In this document: positions 17,546 through 27,409 of the stretch, piece by piece
Position numbering within the stretch: the stretch's first letter is position 1
Layout of the letters: every line of letters begins with the position of its first letter
Source of the DNA: Candidatus Hadarchaeales archaeon
GTDB lineage: Archaea > Hadarchaeota > Hadarchaeia > Hadarchaeales > Hadarchaeaceae
DNA: 32,000 nucleotides
Assembly (NCBI GenBank): GCA_038823825.1
Contig: JAWBCC010000001.1
Span: forward strand, 60,001 to 92,000
Direction: 5' to 3'
Notes under the pieces: generated by a model
The model's database searches: none
What the model saw: the letters and a program-made list of their open reading frames with translations, nothing else
What the model was told of the DNA's origin: nothing
Position numbers and translations under genes: made by a program

Positions 17546-18439
17546 ATGCTTACCCCAGAAGAACTTGAGAAATATCGCAAAGTCGGAAAAATACTAGCTG
17601 AAGTTCGAGAAGAGATAAGGAAAATGGTTAAGCCGGGTGTTAGGATTTTTGATTTGGCCGAAACCGCCGAAGAACTCATAAGAAAGAAGGGGGCAAAACC
17701 TGCTTTTCCGTGCAACATCTCCGTGAACGAAATAGCAGCCCACTATTCCCCACCTGTTGATGATCAGCGAGTAATTCAAGAAAGCGATGTGGTCAAAGTA
17801 GATATCGGGGCGCACATCGACGGGTACATTGCTGACACGGCATTTACAGTAGCTTTCGGCAACGAGGTAAAACTAGTCGAAACCGTCGAAAAAGCTCTCG
17901 AAGCGGCCATAAATGCTGTTAAACCGGGAATCGATGTTGGAGAAATAGGCAGGGCAGTTCAGGAGACAGTAGAAGCCGCGGGATATAGACCAATTCGAAA
18001 TCTCACAGGACACAGTTTGGCTCCTTGGGATCTTCATGCGGGGATATCGATCCCGAACGTGGTTGAGAGGACAGGACAGACACTTGAAGTCGGCGATGTG
18101 CTTGCTATAGAACCGTTTATCACCACCGGAATCGGTTTTGTGGAGGATCAAGAAAAAGTTTACATCTTCAGGTATGTACGTGACGCTCCAGTAAGGTTGA
18201 GAATGACTCGCCAACTCCTGCGTGACATAAAACAGAATTATAATTCGCTCCCATTTGCTGAAAGGTGGCTGTCCAAGAAATTCTCCAAAGTGAGATTAGA
18301 ACTTTGTTTGAAGGAGCTGGTTGGAAGTGGGGCATTATGGCCATATCACGTGCTCGCCGAAAGAGCCGGTGGAAAAGTTGCTCAAGCAGAACACACAGTC
18401 ATAGTAACCGAGAATGGCTGCGAGATAACAACGCTTTAA
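17546..18439 (+). CDS. map: Methionine aminopeptidase, type II
   Basis: PAFPCNISVNEIAAHYSP, VVKVDIGAHIDGYIADTAFTV, NLTGHSLAPWDLHAGISIPNV, VLAIEPFITTG. Confidence 0.95.
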   Translation: MLTPEELEKYRKVGKILAEVREEIRKMVKPGVRIFDLAETAEELIRKKGAKPAFPCNISVNEIAAHYSPPVDDQRVIQESDVVKVDIGAHIDGYIADTAFTVAFGNEVKLVETVEKALEAAINAVKPGIDVGEIGRAVQETVEAAGYRPIRNLTGHSLAPWDLHAGISIPNVVERTGQTLEVGDVLAIEPFITTGIGFVEDQEKVYIFRYVRDAPVRLRMTRQLLRDIKQNYNSLPFAERWLSKKFSKVRLELCLKELVGSGALWPYHVLAERAGGKVAQAEHTVIVTENGCEITTL

Positions 18440-18440
18440 T

Positions 18441-19127
18441 CTACTTCTGGAGAACAAACATTGCGTGATCTTTCTCAAAAGGATCAAGGATTTTCATGTC
18501 GAGAATCTCCATTTCTTTATCCAATCTTTCGATTTCATCCCGGAATATTTCTCTAGGTTCCTTAGTTACATCTATAGAACGAGCCTTTAGAGCTAACAAG
18601 ATATATCCATCCTTCTTGAGAAACATCGATGCATTTTTCAGCATGATGTCTACTTGGTCAGGCTGAGCAACATCCTGATAAATCACATCGGCCTCTCTGA
18701 CGAGCGGAGCATAACTCGCCGGATTTCGAGCATCGGCCAAAATCGGAATCATGTTTGGTCTTCTTGCACAGAGAGATAAAAGAGCATGCAAGGGTCTGGT
18801 TGATATCTCGACGCAAAATACTTTACCTTCGGGGCCAACCACGTCACTGACATAACTTGCAGTAGTTCCGCTAGCAGCACCTAGATAAAGCACTCCGTTT
18901 CCTCTCTCCAGCGGAACTTCTTTAATTCCCTTCAATATCGCAGCAGCTAGTTTACTTCTGTAGGGATCCCATATGCGATAAATACGAGATTCGATTTCAA
19001 TGGAGATTTCGTCAGCATATGCCTTGCAACCAGAAACCAAACTTTCAGTTGCAAGTTTTCTGGTTTTATTTTCGAACTCTATCCAGAAGATGTTTCGGAA
19101 TTTTTCGTGAGCGATTACCTTTGGCAT
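18441..19127 (-). CDS. flpA: Fibrillarin-like rRNA/tRNA 2'-O-methyltransferase
   Basis: YRIWDPYRSKLAAAILKG, GNGVLYLGAASGTTASYVSDVVG, VFCVEISTRPLHAL, ADVIYQDVAQPDQVDIMLKNA, LKARSIDVTKEP. Confidence 0.97.
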   Translation of the reverse strand: MPKVIAHEKFRNIFWIEFENKTRKLATESLVSGCKAYADEISIEIESRIYRIWDPYRSKLAAAILKGIKEVPLERGNGVLYLGAASGTTASYVSDVVGPEGKVFCVEISTRPLHALLSLCARRPNMIPILADARNPASYAPLVREADVIYQDVAQPDQVDIMLKNASMFLKKDGYILLALKARSIDVTKEPREIFRDEIERLDKEMEILDMKILDPFEKDHAMFVLQK

Positions 19128-19168
19128 TCAATATGAAAAACATTATCGCTGAATAAATATTTTTCGAG

Positions 19169-20317
19169 TTATCGGCTTTCCGACTCTTTAAGGATTTTTG
19201 CTACCTTTATCTTAAATTCCTCGAGTAAACGGTCTCCCATAAATTCTCCGGCCATTGCGTCTAAACGTGCCGCGATTGCGATTTTTCCCGCAAGTGCTCT
19301 TGCTATTTTCCCTCTAAACTTCTTGGGCGACGTCCTTATAGAGGGATGTTGATATATCACACCGTGCTTCGGGGGTTTCGCCCTTGTTTTCAGCGCTCTG
19401 AAGAGGGCCTTTTCCGCTCCTAGAACTTGTATGGTGCTCGCGGGCATTTTTGCTAATTCATCTAAGCCCCCCGCCAATGCTATGAGTCTGGCTCCTATTG
19501 TTCCCCCAACCAAGGTCTTTAGGTTGGGCGCAATCTGTGTCATTAAATCGTCAATATATTCAGCAGTTTTTTCTCGTAGTTTCTGCAGTTCAATTATCAT
19601 CTTGATTTCTTCCTGTATGATCTGTCTGTCTATCTCGTCGAAGGATGCGCCCACAGAAGTCACTGCAGCGTCCTCTATTTTCTTTGCAAGGTCGTCAGAA
19701 ATCTTTGCGATAGTTTTTATGTTTTCTGCCTTGAAATTTTCTCTGAGTCCTAATTCGAGAACAAGCTTCAAATAGTTCTGATGATCTGGAACAAATCTAT
19801 CCAGTTCTGGGAAGTGCATACCGTACCATTCCCGAACTCTAACAGTCAGGATGTTTATGAACTTGTCAAGCTCATCCAGAACCTCGATTACACGTATAAC
19901 AAGTTTGTCTCTCTGCGAGACTTCACGTTTCAACTTCAGTCTAGTAAGTATGAAGTTGACCTCGCGTAAAAGCAAATCAACATCTTTGTATCCGATTTCT
20001 TCCCCTATATCGTGAAGTTTCCCTCTGAGCAACATTCCAGCCTTGTTTGGAGCCAGAACTTCGAATTTTGCGTTTTTAAATTCTTTTGCTAGCTCTTCTG
20101 CGAGTTGCGTTTGTTCAAGCGTAAAGGAGCTCTCTCCTTTCATGATAAGCTCCCTGATTAGACTTCTATGCTCTTCTGTTGGAACGCCCATCTGAACGCT
20201 AGCCAATCTTCCGGCTATCTCTGCAGGGTCATCTGGAAATCTTTTGTATGCTACTAGCTCCCCTTGATCGTCGAAGGCGAACACGCCAAGTACACATTCC
20301 GATATGTGAAGCGTCAT
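19169..20317 (-). CDS. nop5: Nop5/Nop56/58-related C/D box RNP core protein
   Basis: VREWYGMHFPELDRFVPDHQNYLKLVLELG, APNLKTLVGGTIGARLIALAGGLDELAKMPASTIQVLGAEKALFRAL, PKHGVIYQHPSIRTSPKKFRGKIARALAGKIAIAARLDA. Confidence 0.97.
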   Translation of the reverse strand: MTLHISECVLGVFAFDDQGELVAYKRFPDDPAEIAGRLASVQMGVPTEEHRSLIRELIMKGESSFTLEQTQLAEELAKEFKNAKFEVLAPNKAGMLLRGKLHDIGEEIGYKDVDLLLREVNFILTRLKLKREVSQRDKLVIRVIEVLDELDKFINILTVRVREWYGMHFPELDRFVPDHQNYLKLVLELGLRENFKAENIKTIAKISDDLAKKIEDAAVTSVGASFDEIDRQIIQEEIKMIIELQKLREKTAEYIDDLMTQIAPNLKTLVGGTIGARLIALAGGLDELAKMPASTIQVLGAEKALFRALKTRAKPPKHGVIYQHPSIRTSPKKFRGKIARALAGKIAIAARLDAMAGEFMGDRLLEEFKIKVAKILKESESR

Positions 20318-20363
20318 CCTCTGATTTTATTTCGCAATTCTCGGTTAAAACCTTGCCGAGTTT

Positions 20364-21476
20364 CTATCTGAGTAACCAAGGATTTCCTATTCTGATTTTC
20401 TCCAAACCTTCTTTCTTGCAAATTTTTAGATATCGTTCCGCATCCTTCTTCGACGTGTAGGGCATATCGTTCATCCACCACGTTGGATGAAAGGCAAGCA
20501 AAGAATATGGAATGGTTGGATCGAGATCAGCGATGAAAGAAGCAATTTGTTCGATTTCTTCGTCATCTACATAGCCAGGAACGAGTAGTGTGCTCGCACG
20601 GGCAAATGGAACTTCAGGACGTTCTCGATGCATTTTGGCAAGCCATTCAAAGTTTTCATATGCCTTCCTGTGCTTGACTCCAGTAAGAGCATAGAGAATT
20701 TCGGTAGACCAGCATTTCAGGTCAGCCTTTATTCCACCACCGCTTTCAAGAGAAATCTTCGCAATGTCTTCAAGATATCTCCTATTCATGCTCAGATTTG
20801 TTTCCAAACATATTCTTATGATTCTTCGCTCGCTCTCCGACCTTTCTCTAATAAGCTTAGCGGAGGCGATAACGAAAGGCATCTGGCTCGATGGATCTCC
20901 TCCGAAATAGCAGACGCAGCCAACCTTGCTATTTGCCTTTTCGGACAGTTCGGATGCGCTCATGACGGGGCCACCAGCAGCTGTCAATTCTCTAAAAGAG
21001 AAATTTTGACAGAAAAGACAGCTATAAGTGCAACTTCCTAGAAAAACGGCCAGATTGTACCACCCTATGTCTCCATATGGGGTCCTGCACCATTTTGGAT
21101 ATCCAGCTCCGCTAGAACCAGCACAGAAATCTGCTGGAACACAGTTGGTTGGCAGGGGGTCATGATAGTATGTTAGGAGACCTTTTTCTGATGTGCCGAA
21201 AATTCGCAATAACTTTCCATTATTGTTTTTAACGACTCCGCAGAACCCCACGCTGTTTGGTGGTATCTCGCACATATTGCCACAGTCCGTACATTGTACA
21301 CCATTCGGGTCTCTCGGAGGTTCTGGTGGAAGTCCATGCGCAGATCTTATCTTTGCATGTGCTCTTGCGATGTACTCTTTTGCATCATCGAATCTATTTC
21401 TAACACAATCTGGACAAACCTCCAGAACGCTAGAAATGTAAGGAGATTTTTTGCCACAGACCCTGCAGATGCCCAC
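20364..21476 (-). CDS. Radical SAM protein (PflA-like, AmmeMemoRadiSam-related group)
   Basis: NLAVFLGSCTYSCLFCQNFSF (CxxxCxxC), N-terminal CRVCGKKS..CPDC and QCTDCGNMC cysteine clusters, YFGGDPSSQM. Confidence 0.85.
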   Translation of the reverse strand: MGICRVCGKKSPYISSVLEVCPDCVRNRFDDAKEYIARAHAKIRSAHGLPPEPPRDPNGVQCTDCGNMCEIPPNSVGFCGVVKNNNGKLLRIFGTSEKGLLTYYHDPLPTNCVPADFCAGSSGAGYPKWCRTPYGDIGWYNLAVFLGSCTYSCLFCQNFSFRELTAAGGPVMSASELSEKANSKVGCVCYFGGDPSSQMPFVIASAKLIRERSESERRIIRICLETNLSMNRRYLEDIAKISLESGGGIKADLKCWSTEILYALTGVKHRKAYENFEWLAKMHRERPEVPFARASTLLVPGYVDDEEIEQIASFIADLDPTIPYSLLAFHPTWWMNDMPYTSKKDAERYLKICKKEGLEKIRIGNPWLLR

Positions 21477-21742
21477 ATTATTAATTTATCTTTGGAACCT
21501 TTTTATGTGCTTTAAAGGGATCAAAACAAAATTTTGGCAGGACAGCCGCTTTTTCAGCGAATCATCGGGGTTGCCTAAAATTTATAAGCCTCTAGGAGAA
21601 GCCGAGAAAAGCTAGCAGGATCCAGCTGAGACTTATAACCAACAAAATATGGCTGAAGTTGTTTTTATTTTCCCTGAAATCCGCGTTCCAAGAAATAAGT
21701 TAGGAGGCTTGAGCCCGGCCCGCTAAATCGATTTTTTGATAA

Positions 21743-22813
<1,071 letters not shown>

Positions 22814-22872
22814 AAAGTATCCCAAAGCTTTAAAGCTTTCTTTTTTCATATTTTTTCCTTGAGGGATTAAAC

Positions 22873-23760
22873 ATGGAAATAATCATCGGTTCTGAGCGGT
22901 TGAAGAGAGGCTTTGCCAAAATGCAAAAAGGCGGGGTCATAATGGACGTTACGAACGTTGAGCAAGCGATTATAGCAGAGGAAGCGGGAGCTGTTGCAGT
23001 CATGGCTCTCCAGGCAGTTCCGGCCGACATAAGAGCAGCTGGCGGTGTGGCAAGGATGGCGGATCCTGCTCTGATCAAAGAGATAATGGATGCTGTCTCG
23101 ATTCCAGTAATGGCGAAGTGTAGAATAGGACACTTCGCAGAAGCTCAAGTTCTAGAAGCCTTAGGAGTCGACATGATTGACGAGTCTGAAGTGCTAACCC
23201 CAGCGGATGAGGAATTTCACATTGACAAAAGAAAATTCAAGGTCCCGTTTGTGTGTGGAGCGAGAGATTTGGGAGAAGCACTCAGAAGAATTAACGAAGG
23301 TGCAGCCATGATAAGAACAAAGGGGGAAGCTGGAACCGGAAACATAGTGGAGGCGGTCCGGCATATAAGGTTGACAAAAAGACAAATAGCAGAACTTTCA
23401 GGATTAGATGGAGTAGAACTATCTGCAAAGGCCAGGCAATATGGAGTGCCGGTTGAACTTGTCGAGCAAACAGCGAAACTTCAGAGATTGCCGGTTGTAT
23501 GGTTCTGCGCTGGTGGAATCGCCACGCCAGCCGATGCCGCCCTTGTTATGCAGCTTGGTGTGGATGGGATATTTGTGGGCTCTGGGATATTCAAGTCCAG
23601 CGATCCACCGAGAATGGCAAGGGCAATAGTGGAGGCAGCGAGGTATTACGACAATCCGGAGAAAGTCTTGGAGGCATGTATGAATTTGCCAATGCCAATG
23701 AGGGGTATAGATATAAGAATGCTCGAGGAAAAGGAAAAACTTCAAGTCAGAGGAGTTTAG
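22873..23760 (+). CDS. pdxS: Pyridoxal 5'-phosphate synthase lyase subunit PdxS
   Basis: [89 protein letters not shown]. Confidence 0.98.
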   Translation: MEIIIGSERLKRGFAKMQKGGVIMDVTNVEQAIIAEEAGAVAVMALQAVPADIRAAGGVARMADPALIKEIMDAVSIPVMAKCRIGHFAEAQVLEALGVDMIDESEVLTPADEEFHIDKRKFKVPFVCGARDLGEALRRINEGAAMIRTKGEAGTGNIVEAVRHIRLTKRQIAELSGLDGVELSAKARQYGVPVELVEQTAKLQRLPVVWFCAGGIATPADAALVMQLGVDGIFVGSGIFKSSDPPRMARAIVEAARYYDNPEKVLEACMNLPMPMRGIDIRMLEEKEKLQVRGV

Positions 23761-23781
23761 TCTGATTTCAGGAAGATTTGG

Positions 23782-25077
23782 ATGAGATTTGTCAAATTCA
23801 TCCGAGATCCGGTGCACGGTTATATCCCCGTTACCGAAGCGGAACTGAAAGTTCTTGATACGTTGCCTGTTCAGCGCCTCAGGGGAATAAAACAACTTTC
23901 AATAGCATCGATAGTGTACCCAGGCGCAGATCATTCAAGATTTTCTCATGCTCTTGGGAGCATGCATATTGCTGGCCAAATCGTCAGAGCTTTGCGTGAA
24001 CATGTCGAGATTTCCGAAGATGAAGAACAGCTGGTGCGAATAGCGGCCCTGCTTCATGATGTCGGGCATGGTCCTTTTTCACACTCCTTTGAAGAAGTGA
24101 TGGTTGAGAAAAAAAATCTAACTCACGAGGACATGGGGAGAAGAGTAGTCACGGAAAGTGAGTTGGCCGATACTATAAGTTCTTTGGGGTTTACACCGCA
24201 GGAGGTCTGTGAACTTTCTTTTGGAAAAACCGGCGGAAGAAAGGGATATCTCAAACAAGTGATCGCTAGTCAAGTTGATGCGGACAAGTTGGATTTTTTA
24301 ACCAGAGATTCATACTACACGGGAGTCGAATATGGGCGTGTCGATGTCAGCAGATTAATTCAGGCAATGGGAGTGGTGAATGGAAATATAGCCATAGATT
24401 TGAAAGCTCTTTATGCGCTGGAGGCCTTCATGATCGCAAGATATGAGATGTTTTTAGCGGTCTATTATCACCACGCCGTCAGAGCGGCTGAGATCATGCT
24501 TCACAAAGCGATGATACATGCAGATGAGTTTCTTGGTTTAACGGATTTTAAAACAATCGATGATTTTTTGCGGATGGACGATGCGTACCTTATTTCAAAG
24601 TTGCGGGAACTTTCAGCTTCAAGCGAGAACCGAGATATTTTGATTGTTCGCGAAATGCTTGAAAGGCTCGATAGAAGACAACTTCTGAAGGCAGTTTATC
24701 AGCGAAGCATTCATCTACGTGATGCATATTTGGCGAGTCTGCTGAGCGACAAGTCCCTGCGCGAGGAGAAGGAGAAAGAAATAGCAGCCGCTTCTGGAAT
24801 AGATCCGGAGAGTGTGTTTGTGGATGTTCCCACTCTCGATTCTATTCCCTATTATCCGCGTGAGATAGACCCCATGGAGATCCCAGTTTTTCGTATTACC
24901 TCTGATGGAACAAAAGAGATTGTTCCAGTTTCTCATTACTCGCAGCTGCTGAATATTTTGAAAGGATACGTAGATATAATCCGGGTTTACACTTTCCCAG
25001 AATACAGAGATGTGGTGGAGAAAGCGGCAGAGAAAGTTTTCGGTTCGATGCCATTCTTTACGCAGATAAACATCTGA
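23782..25077 (+). CDS. HD-domain phosphohydrolase (dNTPase-like)
   Basis: IRDPVHGYIPVTEAE, GADHSRFSHALGSMHIA, LVRIAALLHDVGHGPFSHSFE, DADKLDFLTRDSYYTGVEYG. Confidence 0.92.
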   Translation: MRFVKFIRDPVHGYIPVTEAELKVLDTLPVQRLRGIKQLSIASIVYPGADHSRFSHALGSMHIAGQIVRALREHVEISEDEEQLVRIAALLHDVGHGPFSHSFEEVMVEKKNLTHEDMGRRVVTESELADTISSLGFTPQEVCELSFGKTGGRKGYLKQVIASQVDADKLDFLTRDSYYTGVEYGRVDVSRLIQAMGVVNGNIAIDLKALYALEAFMIARYEMFLAVYYHHAVRAAEIMLHKAMIHADEFLGLTDFKTIDDFLRMDDAYLISKLRELSASSENRDILIVREMLERLDRRQLLKAVYQRSIHLRDAYLASLLSDKSLREEKEKEIAAASGIDPESVFVDVPTLDSIPYYPREIDPMEIPVFRITSDGTKEIVPVSHYSQLLNILKGYVDIIRVYTFPEYRDVVEKAAEKVFGSMPFFTQINI

Positions 25078-25657
25078 GCATAGGTTGAACAAGTTTTCTT
25101 ATTTCATTTTGAACCTCATCGGCCGATAGGGTCCCATTCACGAGTTTTAACTTTCCATTTTTCGCCAGCTGAAGATAGCGAAGACGAACACTTTTCTGCA
25201 GCTTTAAATCCTTCTCAAACTCATCGAGTTTCTTGTTCATTCTTCTCATCGAGACTTCGGGTGGCGTGTCTATCAATATTGAGAGATCTGGTTCTGGTGC
25301 AAATTTATTTGCGGCCAGAATTTCCTTTAAGCTTGCTCCACGAGTTGTCTGATAAACGATTGATGAGCAGACATATCTCTCGCTTATAACAATCTTTCCA
25401 TCTCCGAGAGCAGGAAGTATAACGTTTCCCAGATGCCACATTCTGTCGGCAGCAAATAGGTTCACCTCAGCAGAAATCGAAGTCCTGATTTCTCCGTTTA
25501 GAATTTTTCTTATAAATCTACCTATTGGTCCGTCAGTAGGTTCATCGGTGAGGATAACTTCATATCCTTCAGATCTTAACCATTCTGCAAGCATTCTTGC
25601 TTGTGTACTTTTTCCACACCCGTCTATACCCTCCAATACAATGAACAGTCCTCTCAG
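25058..25657 (-). CDS. tmk: Thymidylate kinase
   Basis: FIVLEGIDGCGKSTQARMLAEWLRSEGYEVILTDEPTDGPIG, ISERYVCSSIVYQ. Start uncertain: TTG 25636 or CTG 25657. Confidence 0.9.
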   Translation of the reverse strand: MRGLFIVLEGIDGCGKSTQARMLAEWLRSEGYEVILTDEPTDGPIGRFIRKILNGEIRTSISAEVNLFAADRMWHLGNVILPALGDGKIVISERYVCSSIVYQTTRGASLKEILAANKFAPEPDLSILIDTPPEVSMRRMNKKLDEFEKDLKLQKSVRLRYLQLAKNGKLKLVNGTLSADEVQNEIRKLVQPMLRCLSA

Positions 25658-25661
25658 TTTT

Positions 25662-26807
25662 TCACCCTCTTGGGATTGGGAAGCATAGGATAAAAATAGC
25701 TAAACATGCGGCGGCCTTGAGCTTCGCTCGGCGAGACAGAGGATGGATGTCGTCGAGAGCACCGGGATGTCCTCGTGAAAACAAGAGAAATGCCACAAGT
25801 CCCCATAACCAGAATGGGAGCTCCGGATAAAACAAACCTGAGAAGAAAAGCGCGAGGCTCAGAAACCTAGTTAAATAGAAATGCCTTTCAAGACCTAGAA
25901 CCGCTCTGGCAATGTGACCTCCGTCTAGTTGGCCCAAAGGCATGAGATTAAGGAAGGTTATCACTAACATTACCAAACCAGCAAATGCGAAGGGATGAAG
26001 ATTTAGGTTGACTGGAAGTCCCAATAGGCGTCGGATTGCATCGAAGATAAGGGGAGCGAGATATGGTGCGCTATTTTCAGAAGCAGGTGAGGAGAGTATG
26101 AGTCCAGCTGTCAGAAAAACAAGTGACATGAAGAAGCCCATTATTGGACCGTTTGATCCAATCTCTACCATGGCATCTCGAGACGGCGGTGGTTCTCTCA
26201 TTTCTACTATAGCACCCATTGTTCCTAATATGCTTGGGAAAGGTATGAAGTACGGTGGACTGGTTCGGATTTTGTTCTCTCGTGCGGCCAACAGATGTCC
26301 CAATTCATGTGCTCCCAGAAGAGACATCACCGCGAAAGAGAAAAAGAGTCCACCATGGATAGTTTTCGTCCAGAGATAGCCCACAGAAAAAGTAGAGATT
26401 ATAGTGACTATCAGCAGGATAATGCTTGGAGCCAATCTTTTTTGAAACTCGGGAATTTTCATTAGGTATATTTTTATAGTACTGTTAACTTTCCGTAACC
26501 CAGAAAGGTATCCCTTCTGCTTCATTCTTCTTTGAAATTTCAGAAAAGTGTTCTTGCCTGGAAGTGAGCATACTTCGATTTCTATCCAGTTTTCTTTTGC
26601 AATGAAATCCTCGATTTCAGAAAACTTATTAACTTCATTTAGAATCTTCGAAATCCAGTCAGGTGTTTCTCTGCTAGCCGCCACGAGAGGCGAGCCACAC
26701 TTAGGACATTTCTCGGAACTTTCCTTTCCAAGCTCCGCCAGGGACATTCGATAGTCGACATGGCCGCATTTCTTGCATTCAAAGCGTGTTGAAGGTAGCT
26801 CTTTCAT
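25662..26807 (-). CDS. Site-2 protease-like (M50) intramembrane metalloprotease with N-terminal zinc ribbon
   Basis: FECKKCG..KCPKCG zinc ribbon; GAHELGHLLAARENK (HExxH) and MPLGQLDGGHIARAVLG (xDG). Confidence 0.9.
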   Translation of the reverse strand: MKELPSTRFECKKCGHVDYRMSLAELGKESSEKCPKCGSPLVAASRETPDWISKILNEVNKFSEIEDFIAKENWIEIEVCSLPGKNTFLKFQRRMKQKGYLSGLRKVNSTIKIYLMKIPEFQKRLAPSIILLIVTIISTFSVGYLWTKTIHGGLFFSFAVMSLLGAHELGHLLAARENKIRTSPPYFIPFPSILGTMGAIVEMREPPPSRDAMVEIGSNGPIMGFFMSLVFLTAGLILSSPASENSAPYLAPLIFDAIRRLLGLPVNLNLHPFAFAGLVMLVITFLNLMPLGQLDGGHIARAVLGLERHFYLTRFLSLALFFSGLFYPELPFWLWGLVAFLLFSRGHPGALDDIHPLSRRAKLKAAACLAIFILCFPIPRG

Positions 26808-26844
26808 TCTAACTCACAATTGAGAATTACTCCGTAGAGAGAAT

Positions 26845-27405
26845 TTAAGGAATTCCGGTCCAGCGTTTGTAAAGATCATGTGAGATGTTTAGGACATCCA
26901 GAACCTTTCCGATCACAAAATCCACGAGCGACGTAATATCCTTTGGTTTATGGTAAAAGGCTGGATTAGCCGGCAAAATGATTCCACCAGCTTTGCAGAT
27001 CTTTAACATGTTTTCCAGATGGACAAGATTTAATGGCGTTTCTCTGATGACAAGTACCAGTGGACGTCTCTGTTTCAGGCAGACATCAGCCGCTCTAGCA
27101 ATCAGATCGTCTGCTATGCCGTTGGCTATTTTCGCCAATTTACCCATACTGCAGGGTATTATCACCATTGCATCAATTTTGTATGAACCGCTTGCTGGCG
27201 GCGATGTGAGGTCGTTATAATCGTAACATTTTGTGGCTAGCTTCTCAAGATTTTCTTTGCTTTCTCCTATTTCGTATGAGAGTATTTTTCTAGCAGTGTC
27301 GGACACGATGAGCTCAGTTTTTATATCAAGCTCTTTACATACTTCCAAAAATCGTTTTCCGTAAATTACGCCACTTGCCCCGGTAATTGCGACTAGTATT
27401 CTCAC
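26845..27405 (-). CDS. ubiX: UbiX/Pad1-type flavin prenyltransferase
   Basis: MRILVAITGASGVIYGKRFLEV, MVIIPCSMGKLAKIANGIADDLIARAADVCLKQRRPLVLVIRETPLNLVHLENMLKICKAGGIILPANPAFY. Confidence 0.95.
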   Translation of the reverse strand: MRILVAITGASGVIYGKRFLEVCKELDIKTELIVSDTARKILSYEIGESKENLEKLATKCYDYNDLTSPPASGSYKIDAMVIIPCSMGKLAKIANGIADDLIARAADVCLKQRRPLVLVIRETPLNLVHLENMLKICKAGGIILPANPAFYHKPKDITSLVDFVIGKVLDVLNISHDLYKRWTGIP

Positions 27406-27409
27406 GGTC

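Noticed and set aside
21540-21570. Possible C/D box sRNA on the minus strand (cgatgattcgctgaaaaagcg)
   Set aside because: There is a CTGA but no true RUGAUGA C box (the sequence is GATGATT) and no second box pair.
23419-23895. 158-aa minus-strand ORF and several other antisense ORFs within pdxS, gap, flpA, nop5 and the RND gene
   Set aside because: Each lies antisense to a strongly conserved protein-coding gene and has no family signature.
25660-25800. GC-rich, hairpin-prone stretch (gcggcggccttgagcttcgctcggcg ... ggatggatgtcgtcgagagcacc) suspected to be an ncRNA
   Set aside because: It translates in frame as the C-terminal part of the M50 protease (RGHPGALDDIHPLSRRAKLKAAACLA), so coding sequence explains it.
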